From Octopus vulgaris (taxonomy: Eukaryota), in the NCBI GenBank assembly GCA_951406725.2, contig OX597818.1:19344001-19408000 (forward strand): a stretch of DNA of 64,000 nt. Direction: 5' to 3'. Below the pieces are notes generated by a model. The model did not search any database, was not told where the DNA came from, and was given only the letters and a program-made list of their open reading frames with translations. Below, piece after piece: positions 51,086 through 64,000 of this stretch (positions are counted from its first letter, which is position 1; each line of letters starts with the position of its first letter). The position numbers and the translations under genes were made by a program.

Positions 51086-52426
51086 TAATATGTCAGTTAT
51101 CATTGCATCTCTTTTGTTCACTCGCATCTCTTGAACTGGAACCACTTTTATTATAACGAACCTGTAGCCCCCAGCCCCTTGGGAAAACGCAAGCAGGCAG
51201 TACAAAATTATCTGCCAGCTCACCGATTTAACCTCATTCATTTTCTTCTACTCTCAACCATCCATCTAAAATCCATAGTGTAAGGGGCGGCAGGTGCACG
51301 GCAATATGTTTCGAGAGAAAAATAACTTGATGGTGCATGTCACCTCCTCGGGTATGAATGATCGTTAGATTCACTGAGTCCCTTCTGTTATAGGTTATAT
51401 TTTTACTGCTACTGGGTGCCTAGCTACATAACAGCTTCAATCTGAAAACAAAATTGAATTGAGGAGAGGCTGATAATCAACTTAATCACAGTCACTGAAC
51501 CACGAGACAAGTAGTATTGATTGTATAGTACTAGTAGAAGGTGAACCCTTCTGCAAATACTACAGTCATGTTTCCTTGAACTGACTCACGTTCAGCTTTG
51601 TTGAAGTTTGCCAAATGTCTGCTAACCCTTTAGTTGCATAATCAGATTTGACGATCATTCTCGTTATGATGTTAATTATTCACCGAAACTTAGAATCGAT
51701 ATTTTCTGTTTCTGCAATATTTTTTTTCAGAATCTCTGGAAGGTTCGGTTTTCATAGCCACCACTAAAAGTATTTATTCTCGCCCTGTAAAGAGATATTT
51801 TAATGAAATATGTGGGGGAAAATTTAAGAAAATCTGAAAAACTGTCTTTTGTATAAAAAAAAAAAGTGTCACTAGGGATGTCTTCGCTTCTCGTAGCATA
51901 AAGAGAGGTTTATTGGTTTTCTTTGTTTTTTGTTTTTGTTTTTTTTTCTCAAAGCCGTTGGGGTAAGACTGCTTGAAGCAGTTAACGGTAGTAAAATTTT
52001 CAACAGGTATATCCGCTTTCCATGTTCCAAGGATTTCATATACCTACAGTTATACTCACGTGACAGCTCTCAAATTCTTTGTCTGTTAAGACTTCACTGA
52101 AAATGACAGATACCAACGAGCCAATTTCATTTCAGACTCAAATACTAATATCCTTTACTTTTCTCTCTTTCTTTCTTTCTCACCTTTAACAACATCCAAT
52201 TGGGAGCCAAAGTGTGTACCTTTGTGTGACCTCCCATTTATATATAGCAATCACTCATGACATCAGCAACAGTTATACATTCATTGCCCACCAGTATCCA
52301 GGGCTATGAGACGGTTTCGCTTAGCCGTTTTGGCTAAGCCGGGTTGGCACTGCTTATTTGGTGTCGCTGATTTGACGATAATTTATTTAACATCAGACGC
52401 TTTAATCATTTTCTCGTTTTATCCCT

Positions 52427-52479
<53 letters not shown>

Positions 52480-52923
52480 CCTCCCTCTCTCACTCATTTT
52501 CTTTATATGTGTGAGCATATTTCTCTTTATTTTTTATGAGGAGAGAAATACTGTTTATGTCAATCATGTTCAATTAATGAATTGTAGTGTCTCTCTCTTC
52601 ACCCTTTTTCTCTCTCTATGAGAGAAAGAGAGGGAGAGAGAGAGAGAGGAAAATATACACTTTCCATCTGTAAGTGTATATTTCTGGGTGCGCGCACGTG
52701 TGTGTTTGTGATGTTTGCCTCCTGCACCAAAGAGTACTGTTGCTAAAACAGCCTAAATGTACAGTGACCTGAGCCAAATCGCTGCATCCAAACAGCTGCG
52801 CCGAATCGTTTCATTGCACGTAACCAGGTTCAGACGAAACTCTACTGTTCCATGCAATTATAATTACTATATTACATGTATTTTAATGTTGTGTTTTTTG
52901 CAGATTATTTACACACATACATA

Positions 52924-52967
<44 letters not shown>

Positions 52968-52970
<3 letters not shown>

Positions 52971-53316
52971 CTCTTTTACTCTTTTACTTGTTTCAGTCAT
53001 TTGACTGCGGCCATGCTGGAGCACCGCCTTTAATCGAGCAACTCGACCCCCGGGATTTATTCTTTTGTAAGCCCAGTACTTATTCTATCGGTCTCTTTTG
53101 CCGAACCGCTAAGTAACGGGGACACAAACACACCAGCATCGGTTATCAAGCAATGCTAGGGGGACAAACACAGACACACAAACACACACACATGCATATA
53201 TATACATATATACATATATAAGACGGGCTTCTTTCAGCTACTTACCACACTGCCACTCCTGCGCCTATATATATATATATATATACATAATATATATATA
53301 AATATATATATATATG

Positions 53317-53348
<32 letters not shown>

Positions 53349-53533
53349 TGTATGTATGTATATATACGACGGGCTTCTTTCAGTTTCCGTCTATCAAATC
53401 TACTCACAAGGCTTTGGTCAGCTCGAGGCTATAGCAGAAGACACTTGCCCAAGTACCAGGCAGTGGGACTGAACCCGGAACCATGTGGTTGGGAAGCAAG
53501 CTTCTTACCACACAACCATGCTTGCACTTGCCT
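52968..53533 (-). mobile_element. SINE-B (52968-53266, deleted) plus a second 5' half (53365-53533)
   Basis: Reverse complement of the SINE-B consensus. Confidence 0.85.
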
Positions 53534-53663
53534 GTGCGTGTGTGTGTGTGTGTGTTTGTGAGAGAGAGAGAGAGAGAGAGATTGAGAGAGAAACAATGTG
53601 ATATACTAATGTACGCACATTCACACATGCGTAAATGACAAAAGTCACAGAAGGAAAAAGGGA

Positions 53664-53694
<31 letters not shown>

Positions 53695-53914
53695 GACGCG
53701 GTCGTTAGCCTCAATGGACAAAGAGAAATGGGAGTGGCTATTTTCCGTCACTGCATCAACTTGCACTGTTTTTAACTGCAGTTTTCTTCATTGATCTACA
53801 CATTTCCAATACATCATTTGACCCAGTTTAGATCTGTTTAGTTTAGACATAAAAATCTAACTGGAACACAACTGGCAAACTTCGTATACACACAAATCCA
53901 TGGTGATTATTTTC

Positions 53915-54540
<626 letters not shown>

Positions 54541-54698
54541 TCCTTCTCTCCGCCCTGTCCGCCTATCCTTCTACTTGTGTGTCGATCGCTGAATGTCCGT
54601 TTCCCTCTGTTCTTTCATCTATTCAAGTAAATGTTCCTGTCCTTTCGATCAACCTTTCCATCTTTCTATCTTTGTATGTATGCATGCATCAGCGAGAG

Positions 54699-54730
<32 letters not shown>

Positions 54731-55041
54731 TGTATGTATGTATGTATTCTTGCATGTTTGTATGTATTTTAGTATGTATCTGTGTTCGTATCTTATTCGC
54801 ATCCACCGCCGTCGCATCTTTCTGTCTCTCCACTCCCGTTCTCCTTTCCACAGCTTCCTCTATTTCTCTTTCTCTCTGCTGCTATATTTAAACTCTTTTT
54901 TTTTTTCTCTGTCAGTTTAGAGAAAAGTCAGAGAGCTAAGTAAATAATGAAATCTATCGGTTCGATCCTCAGCCCAGGTGATCGGGAAAGTTTTGTGGAT
55001 CCAGATTTACAGCGAATCTAAATGATTCGAGTTTTGTGCAC

Positions 55042-55118
<77 letters not shown>

Positions 55119-55306
55119 TGTGTGTGTGCATATAAATTTATATATGTATGTGTATATGTACTTTTACTTTGTCTCCCTACATTATAAGTAGATATATAGA
55201 ATCGATAAGTCTGATAAACATTGACAATTATACGAATGCATGCTTACAAATATGCATATATGTATGTATGTATGTGTGTGTGTGTATGTATGTATGTATA
55301 TATGTA

Positions 55307-55361
<55 letters not shown>

Positions 55362-56133
55362 ATGTAGATGCACAAATATATATAAATGCATGCATATGTA
55401 CATACATGTACATTCATACCCATACAAACTGCGTTCTAATCTAACTATCTCTCTATCATACACATACATGTGTATATGCATATGTGTTCGTATTTATGTT
55501 ATTATGCGATGACTGCTTTTACTGGAGTGCAATATCATAGATCGAAGTATCACTATAAATAGAAGTTATATAATTCTTTATTTCTGGCGAAATGCATATA
55601 TGCAATTAAATATAACCGAGGCAATGTTCGTATGTATTTAAACGCAAATGCACTTGTTTCTCTATGACGTATGTATGTATGTAAACACATAGATACTTGC
55701 ATACTTACACAGATACATACATGCATGCATACATTCATACATACATATATACATACATTTATATAATACATATGATGCATATTTACATATCTGCATACAC
55801 ACATAAATGCATATTCATGTATGCATACATAGACAAGTATAATGTGTACGAGGGTGCATGTGTTAGTGTTGATAATAGATGCACATGTACCTTGCACCTC
55901 TCTCAACTCATTCAAAAACGAAGTATTTTTCTCTGAAGTATAATCAATAGTTAAAAATTAATTTCAACTATAAAAACATCAGAAAGCAATGAGTGAATTT
56001 CCAAAATATAAAGAATACAAAAATTTTCATGTGAACATATTAACTTTATTTAGAATACCTTTGCTGTTGTTGTTGTTGTTGTGTATAGACGCACACGCAT
56101 GCACGCACATACATACATACATACATACATACA

Positions 56134-56166
<33 letters not shown>

Positions 56167-56233
56167 GCATATGTGTGTATATATATATACACACACATAC
56201 ATATACGTATGTATATATATGTGTGTATATATA

Positions 56234-56618
56234 TCTCTCTCTATATAAACGGCAGTTTGTCTGTGCGTGTTTCTGTGTGTCTGTTTTCTCGTACCCTCAC
56301 TCTGACCACGGCTTTCAACCGATTCTGATGAAACTTGACACACACATAGCCCAATGTCATAATTCAAAACTAACGCAGCGAAAATTTTGAAAAGTTCCCC
56401 CAGTTCTGAAAAAAATCGATAAATTCGACATGGGGTCGAGAATTAGAAACCCAAACCACAGACCGTCTAGGGGACGCAACTCTACCTTTTTTAACTCTCA
56501 AAAAAAATTTACCATCATTTTTTTTCCATTTTTTTGCTATTTTTTGGCTATAACTCTCTAAAAATGCTTTATAGTTATTTCCCTTACAAACCTGAGCAAC
56601 GCCGGGCGATACTGCTAG
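56234..56618 (+). mobile_element. Non-autonomous Helitron
   Basis: 5' TC start after A, subterminal hairpin cctgagcaacgccggg, 3' CTAG followed by T, no TSD. Confidence 0.75.
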
Positions 56619-56653
<35 letters not shown>

Positions 56654-56771
56654 GTGTGTGTATGTGTGCGTGTGCCTGTATATGTGTGTATATATATATA
56701 TTTCATACAAATTATATATGTATATATATATGTATATATATATATGCATATATGGGTGCAGGACGTTACCA

Positions 56772-56821
<50 letters not shown>

Positions 56822-56839
56822 TATTTATTTATTAATGCG

Positions 56840-57118
56840 CCCTATCAAGCCTAGCCGGGCTCATGGGCCCGGTTTCCTGCTTTCTATGGCGTATGTGTTC
56901 CACCCCACCCCAGCTGGACGGGACTCCAGTCCATCGCAGCGTTACTCAAGAAACAGAAAGAAAGAGTGGGAGAAAGTTGGGGCGAAAGAGTACAACAGGA
57001 GCCTCGTGAAGCGTTAGGTGTTTTCGCTCAATAAACACACACAACGATTCTGGGAATCGAAACTGCGATCCTCCGACCGTTAGTCCGCTGCCCTAACCAC
57101 TGGGTCATTGCGACCCCC
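56840..57118 (-). mobile_element. SINE-C variant
   Basis: Reverse complement of 43530-43825. Confidence 0.85.
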
Positions 57119-57279
<161 letters not shown>

Positions 57280-57589
57280 ATATAAAATATATATAAAAAT
57301 ACAAAATGGGACAAGAACGCAAAACATTCAAATAGACGACACAAAAAACGGACGGGTCATTCGAAGCCTCTAATCTTCAGTCAAGAACCGATATATATAT
57401 ATGTGTGTGTGTGTGTGTGCGTGTGTGTGTCTGTGTGTGTGTGTATAGCTGTATATATTTGCGTGTGTTTGTATGTATCTGTGTATGTGTGTGTGTGTGT
57501 GTATATGTGTGTAAAGTCATTGCCACTCAACAATACCGGCCGTTGATCCATTATCGATGATGCTCTCCTCATGCCACACCAATGATACC

Positions 57590-58125
57590 GTATAATTATC
57601 TGTTTATTGCAACGTGGGAGGTGCTTATAAGCCATTTAAAAAACACACACAAAAACCGTTAGAGTACATTATTAAAATAATATACATCTAAATTTAACCT
57701 GTCAAAATATTTTCGTCGCTTTGAAACCGCGACCTACTCACTGACAAAATTCCGTGCTGTATCTGCTTATTCTTATATTAGAAAATATATACTGTCTAGT
57801 TGATAATTAACACATTTACAATTTTTCTTATATTGCGAAATAACGGTATAGAACTTGAACGAAAAGTCTCATTCCACAGATTTAATATAAGGTTTTGTAT
57901 TGAAAGAGAACTCAAAGATTTTCTTATCCTTTTTGTTTGTTTATGTTTCTGTATATTTTCATTAGATTTGAAACACTCTAAACAGCATTCTTAAACACAA
58001 ACTAAAATACGTGTAGAAGTATTTGATTACTTGTTTCTTAAAACATGTAATCATGTAAACAATAATATAAGTGAGAGGATAGAAGGAAGTACATTATTAA
58101 AATAATATACTATAGTTATCTCCCT
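57590..58125 (-). mobile_element. Penelope-like remnant with direct repeat and hammerhead-like motif
   Basis: agtacattattaaaataatatac at 57663 and 58088; hammerhead-like fold at 57699-57747. Confidence 0.45.
57699..57747 (-). ncRNA. Minimal hammerhead-like motif with G3/U8 core variant
   Basis: Minus strand ttgtca-GTGAGTA-g-gtcgc(ggtttcaaa)gcgac-GAAA-atat-T-T-tgacag. Confidence 0.45.
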
Positions 58126-58701
58126 TTATTTACATGCAGGTGACACTGTATTGATACTTAACGGCTTCTAAGCAACATCTACTGCGAGACAAAATTACTG
58201 TGTAATTTGTACATACTCACATACTAAGGCGTACAATTTCCCTCGGATCTTGGATTTTACTTTAAAAAGCTCTCCAAAAGAATATAAGGTGAGTACGAAA
58301 AACATTCATTTTCTACAATTACGTCTTCTGTTTATTTCTACTTTACTGTCCTACTCCCTCTATCTCTCTCTTTGCAGCCTGTGGAGCGCTTGTCTCTCCT
58401 TCAACGCTGTATCACGTCATAAACGCTGTTGTTGGTTTTTCTTTCTCACAAGTAAAAAACAAACCGACAAACAGAACCCATTCTTTAGATCTTCTTACAT
58501 ACATGCATACATTCATACATAGATACATACATACATACATACATACATACATACATACATACATACATACATACAAACGATATACTACACTGCGCCTAAA
58601 TATTCGGTGCTTACTTGAGATACCGGTGGTTACAAGGTTTCGTTGACAAGCAATGCACACAGGCTCACACGCACACATATGCACACACACACACACACAG
58701 A

Positions 58702-58740
<39 letters not shown>

Positions 58741-58904
58741 ACAACTCATGCTCACGTATGCATATGTCCATATATGTAACTGTGTATGCATCTGTATGTG
58801 TGTGTGTGTGTGTGTACCTTGCACACACACACACACACGCGTACGCATTTGTCCATATATATCAGTGTGTATGCATCTGCATGTGTGAGTGTGTGTGTGT
58901 ATAT

Positions 58905-58943
<39 letters not shown>

Positions 58944-58947
58944 TGTA

Positions 58948-59051
58948 TGAGGGGTGTATGAAAAGTTTTGAGCCTTCAAGGCCCTTGAGCCTTGAAGTTT
59001 TATACCATGTTTTGTTTCTTTTGAGGCTCAAGACTTTTCATACACTCCTCG
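58948..59051. mobile_element. Mini mariner-type MITE
   Basis: TIRs tgaggggtgtatgaaaagttttgagcct / aggctcaagacttttcatacactcctcg; TA on both sides. Confidence 0.8.
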
Positions 59052-59065
59052 TATATAGCCGGCTA

Positions 59066-59110
59066 CTGTCAAACCGTCCAATCCATGCCAGCATGGAAGG
59101 CGGACGTTAA

Positions 59111-59112
<2 letters not shown>
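59066..59112 (+). mobile_element. RTE-type LINE/SINE 3' tail
   Basis: aaaccgtccaatccatgccagcatggaaggcggacgttaaa hairpin followed by a trinucleotide tail; RTE assignment from memory. Confidence 0.5.
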
Positions 59113-59181
<69 letters not shown>

Positions 59182-59517
59182 ATATATTATTATTATATAT
59201 ATATATATATATATAATATATTATTATTATTATATATATATATATATATAATATATTATTATTATATATATATATATATATATATAATATATTATTATTA
59301 TATATATATATATATATATAATATATTATTATTATATATATATATATATATATAATATATTATTATATATATATATATATATATAATATATTATTATTAT
59401 ATATATATATATATAATATATTATTATATATATATATATATAATATATTATTATTATATATATATATATAATATATTATTATTATATATATATATATATA
59501 AATATATATTATTATTA

Positions 59518-59561
<44 letters not shown>

Positions 59562-59580
59562 CATATATATATATATATAC
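59112..59580. repeat. Higher-order (TA)n-(TTA)n minisatellite
   Basis: Unit (ta)n-ataata-(tta)n repeated about 12 times. Confidence 0.9.
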
Positions 59581-60087
59581 ATGTTTGTGTGTGTGTGTAA
59601 TATATACATGCACACCCACATCATAATTGCCAATTTAACTATAATATACATACACGCATACGCACACACTAACCAATTCAGACGTTAACAAAAACTCCAA
59701 GATCTGGCATGACTCAAACAAAAGAGCCTTGTCACTTTGTATGTAACCAGCTTGAATGCTACAAATGAATAACAAAAAAAAAATCAAATAAATCTCCCAT
59801 CAAAAATATATACAAATAAATATGAATAAAGAAATAAAATATACAAAGAGAGCCTAGAACTTAACTTAGTCAGCACACGGTTAGGATTTGTTTGAATTCT
59901 AGGTTATCAAAGAACACTGCTAGTGTTATTGTGTATGCAACGGCCCTGCATTGGGTGCAATGCAATGAATCTGTGCTAACCGTTTTGCGGGCTTGAGTAG
60001 TCACCTTGGAGTTCATGAACCGACAAGAATCATAAGTGGTGGCCAGCCTCACATTCAAATATATATATTGTTGTTGTTTGTTGTTGT

Positions 60088-60153
<66 letters not shown>

Positions 60154-60209
60154 TATGCATACACACACAGACATATACATTTGTACGCACTCACACAGTT
60201 ATATAAATT

Positions 60210-60604
60210 TTATCCTCTTTCGTTTACTTGTTTCCGTCATTGGACTGCGACCATCTCGGGGCACCGTCCTTCAAGGTCTGTTCTCGAAAAAATAGACACC
60301 AGTAGATTTTTTTTTTTTTTTTGGTAAGTCTGGTACATATTGTCATCCGCTTTTCACCTAACCGCTAACCTACGCGAACTTGAACACACTGACACCGGTT
60401 GTCAAGCGGCGTTGAGACACAAACACAAAGACATACATACATACATACATACATACATACATACATACATACATACATACATACATACATACATACATAC
60501 ATACATACGCACACACACATAAGACGGCCTTCTTTCAGTTTCCGCCTGCCAAATTCACTCACAAGGCCCATAGCTATAATTGAATGTACTTGTCCAAGGT
60601 GTTA
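60210..60604 (-). mobile_element. SINE-B, diverged
   Basis: tttacttgtttccgtcatt...ggttgtcaagc...cttctttcagtttccg. Confidence 0.75.
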
Positions 60605-61326
60605 CATATACATACGTAAATGCATGCATGCACACATCCATCTATCCATCTATACATACATGCAATCATTTGTGTGTCTGGTACACATCTGAATTCATTG
60701 TCAGAATACAGAACAAGTAACCAAAGGGTAAAAGGTTCACATCCTGTTATTTTGTATATACTCAGCATTATTAACCACCTACAGCTGTTTTGGTGCTATA
60801 TCATTCATTCTATATTTTTATTTATTTAACTGTTTTATAGTTACTTAAAGGAGACATCGTACTCTTGTGCTTCGTAGCATCTGAGTGTTACCCTCCTTAG
60901 TCAGGTCAGTTCGATGTGATCGATGCTCATCCTTATTATCTATGGTTTAAGGGGGGAAGGAAAGCAATTTGTGTTACTGTTGTCATCACTGAATGACCAA
61001 GCCTATGACCAGAGTCGTTCCAGCCGTGACGTACATGTCTTTCTGCACGTCTTTCTTGATCTATTTATTTCCTGTGTCAATAAGTTTGGTTACCCCAGAG
61101 GGATGAGCAAACATCATATTTCAGGTACGGGTCTTTCGACTTAAAACGAAACGTTACGATCTGAATGAGACACAGCTGTTATTTTTACCTAATTTGTACG
61201 ACCATGTAGAAGGAACTAGGTAGTGTTAAGCCTACCTTCCGGAAATCCAAGTTTGTCAGAAGCCGCATGCAACAAAGCCTGAATTCGCAGTCCCTTGTTT
61301 ATAGGACAAGTGGTACTTTTATATTA

Positions 61327-61380
<54 letters not shown>

Positions 61381-61383
<3 letters not shown>

Positions 61384-61469
61384 GTTTGACTTTTGCTTTA
61401 TGTTTGTACAAGTTGGCTCCAAGTCTCACCCAGAGACCTCAAGAGACAACAGGTTGGAAGTTCACGTTG

Positions 61470-61470
<1 letters not shown>
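61381..61470 (-). mobile_element. Non-LTR retrotransposon 3' UTR fragment within (TAA)n
   Basis: Non-repetitive 90 bp ending (minus strand) aaagcaaaagtcaaacata followed by (TAA)n. Confidence 0.45.
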
Positions 61471-61540
<70 letters not shown>

Positions 61541-61544
<4 letters not shown>

Positions 61545-61661
61545 CGCCGAGGTCGACTTTGCCTTTCATTCTTTCGGGGTCAATAAAATAAGTACCATTT
61601 GAACACTGGGGTCGATGTAATCTACTCATCACCACCACCCCCAAGCTGCCCCTGTGGTAAA

Positions 61662-61663
<2 letters not shown>
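61541..61663 (+). mobile_element. SINE-A, 5'-truncated
   Basis: attccgccgaggtcgactttgcctttca. Confidence 0.85.
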
Positions 61664-61710
<47 letters not shown>

Positions 61711-62101
61711 GAGTGAGAGAGCAATTCATGCCATCAAAGTGACACTGGGGTAAAATATACGAAGCCCAATATACCCATCATGACTACCCGTCTGATAAGG
61801 GTACACCAGGCACATGCATCACAACCATATGTGCGCGACATGGTGATCTCATATCAAGATAAACAGCACATGACCTTGCAGGTGGGGCCCAGTTAGAATT
61901 TTCTTCAGGTTGAGTAGCCCATCTCGCTCAAAGGGTCCCTGAATAAGGGTTGTTTAAGGATGTTGAAAGAACCACCCATGTTTCTAGAGGTGAATTATTC
62001 AAAGCCCAAAGAATCCCTCTCAACACATGGCTATGATGCTCCCCCACTACTTCTGCTCGTGATCAGAGATGCACATATCGTCAGCCTACTGCATCAGGGC
62101 A
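61711..62101. mobile_element. Unclassified ~390-bp element embedded in (TTA)n
   Basis: GC-richer block with sharp boundaries and (TTA)n on both sides. Confidence 0.5.
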
Positions 62102-62138
62102 TTTATTATTATTATTGTTATTATTATTATTATTATTA

Positions 62139-62187
<49 letters not shown>

Positions 62188-62188
62188 A

Positions 62189-62289
<101 letters not shown>

Positions 62290-62304
62290 CATTATTATTA
62301 TTAT

Positions 62305-62575
62305 TGTGTTGTGGCAACATACATACATACATATACACGCATACATGGTGAATGATCCAACTATTATTATTATCATTATTATTATTATCATTATTATTAT
62401 TATTGTGTTGTGGCAACATACATACATACATATACACGCATACATGGTGAATGATCCAACTATTATTATTATCATTATTATTATTATCATTATTATTATT
62501 ATCATTATTATTATTATTGTGTTGTGGCAACATACATACATACATATACACGCATACATGGTGAATGATCCAACT
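62305..62575. repeat. Three identical 58-bp units separated by (ATT/ATC)n
   Basis: tgtgttgtggcaacatacatacatacatatacacgcatacatggtgaatgatccaact at 62305, 62404 and 62518. Confidence 0.95.
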
Positions 62576-62789
62576 TTACAGATGATCACCGTCTCCTTGT
62601 GGTTCCTCATTGTCAACGACATTTCTGACTTTCCGACCATGACCTCTCACATGGCCATTCAGTGTAACAGGTGCTACTGCTCCGGGTCAGAGGAAACCAG
62701 GGAATAATAGTGGCTAAGAAGTGGTTCCGACCACTCAAAACTAGAGCCCCACGACTAGATGTAGTTTAAAGTCATACCCAAGACAAACA

Positions 62790-62949
62790 CATACATGCAT
62801 ACATACATACGCACACACACACATACACTCACACACACACACATGTATACACGCAGATACAATACATACATACATACACACACATACATACATACATACA
62901 TACATACATACATACATACACACACACATACATACATACATACATACAT

Positions 62950-62982
<33 letters not shown>

Positions 62983-63140
62983 TACATACGTACATACATA
63001 CATACATACATACATACATACATACGTACATATATACATACATACATTCATAAATACGTACGTATATACATACATAGATAAATACATACGCACACATACA
63101 CACTCAAATACATACAGACAGATAGACACATACATACATA
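62790..63140. repeat. (CATA)n/(CA)n microsatellite
   Basis: Direct reading. Confidence 0.95.
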
Positions 63141-64000
63141 TGAAAACATGCCATACGTTTTCGAATTAATTTATTTCCCTCCGATTTAAAGTGCCCTCAA
63201 CACAGCACTAATAAAATTACAGGAGCGCAGATATTCCGTCGTTCAAAGCTGTCACATCTATAACTTCAAACATTTTTTTTCACTCGGCAAAGTCTTGCGC
63301 AAGTAAAATCCCTAAACGTGTTTTTTTCTGATCATTATATTGTTTATGTCGTACAACTTCCTTTTCCGGTAGAAAGAGAGCGAAAGAGAATCTCGTCGAA
63401 ATTTCCTTCCGTCCAACAGATATTAGTGTAGTGTTATTTTTACTGTGTTTTTTTGCCTTCCACTCGCCTCTCTTTACATGGCTCTTCATCAAACTAAATA
63501 GATGTTTGTATGTAATTGAAATACTTGGAGTCTCTTATAGTAGTTTTGCTCATATACAGTAGTGAATTATGAAAGCTATTGAATGGGGTTTTATTTTTTA
63601 TATAAAGCAATTTATTGTACTTCACCGTATTAATTACTCCGTCTGTTGGTCTGTCTTTTTCACCCCGTCTCTCTCTCTCTCTCTCTCTCTCTTTGTCACT
63701 CTTTCTTTCTCTCTCTCTCTCTCTCTCTCTCGCATTCTTCTTCTCACTCGATATATGCGTGTGTGTATAATGTCAGTACATAGGACTTTATATCTACATA
63801 TTTAGATATATGCATGTGTCAGATACACATCCATGGCTACATGACCTGCAAGCACACACACGAATACACACGCACCGCATGCACCACACTCACTCACACG
63901 CACACATCATATGCCTCATAGCTTATACTATTCTTTTAATTGTCTTAGTCATTGCGCTGTTATGATATACATACATATATATATATATACATATGTATGT

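Noticed and set aside
52190-52350. CCAAT + TATA-like + gcttagcc/ggctaagc hairpin as a promoter
   Set aside because: Such motifs are expected by chance in AT-rich DNA and no downstream gene is evident
57345-57390. Minus-strand CTGAAGA...CGAA
   Set aside because: GAAA is incomplete and stems II and III do not form
62305-62575. CRISPR-like repeat-spacer array
   Set aside because: Spacers are non-unique microsatellite, the context is eukaryotic and there are no cas genes

Overview
AT-rich, microsatellite-dense eukaryotic non-coding DNA. The repeat families look like those of a coleoid cephalopod (Octopus-like); this is an inference from remembered repeat sequences, not a database hit. I find no intact protein-coding gene: almost all ORF-track entries are translations of (TA)n/(CA)n/(CATA)n/(GATA)n/(TTA)n. 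The window is dominated by at least four dispersed SINE-like families (labelled A-D here), decayed LINE pieces (an RLE-type 3' end, two CR1-group 3' ends, a Tx1/L1-type endonuclease region, an RTE-type tail), hAT and mariner MITEs, and a non-autonomous Helitron. The most notable signal is a set of type I hammerhead-ribozyme motifs in about five unrelated small repeat families. The best is a ~255-bp element in two diverged copies (1343-1600 +, 32683-32937 -) whose hammerhead and enclosing rod-like hairpin show compensatory base changes, as expected of a retrozyme or Penelope-derived self-cleaving RNA. Also present are several fold-back/inverted duplications and an old triplicated AT-rich segment at 4-10 kb. 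Repeat boundaries were read by eye and are approximate (about +/-10 bp).
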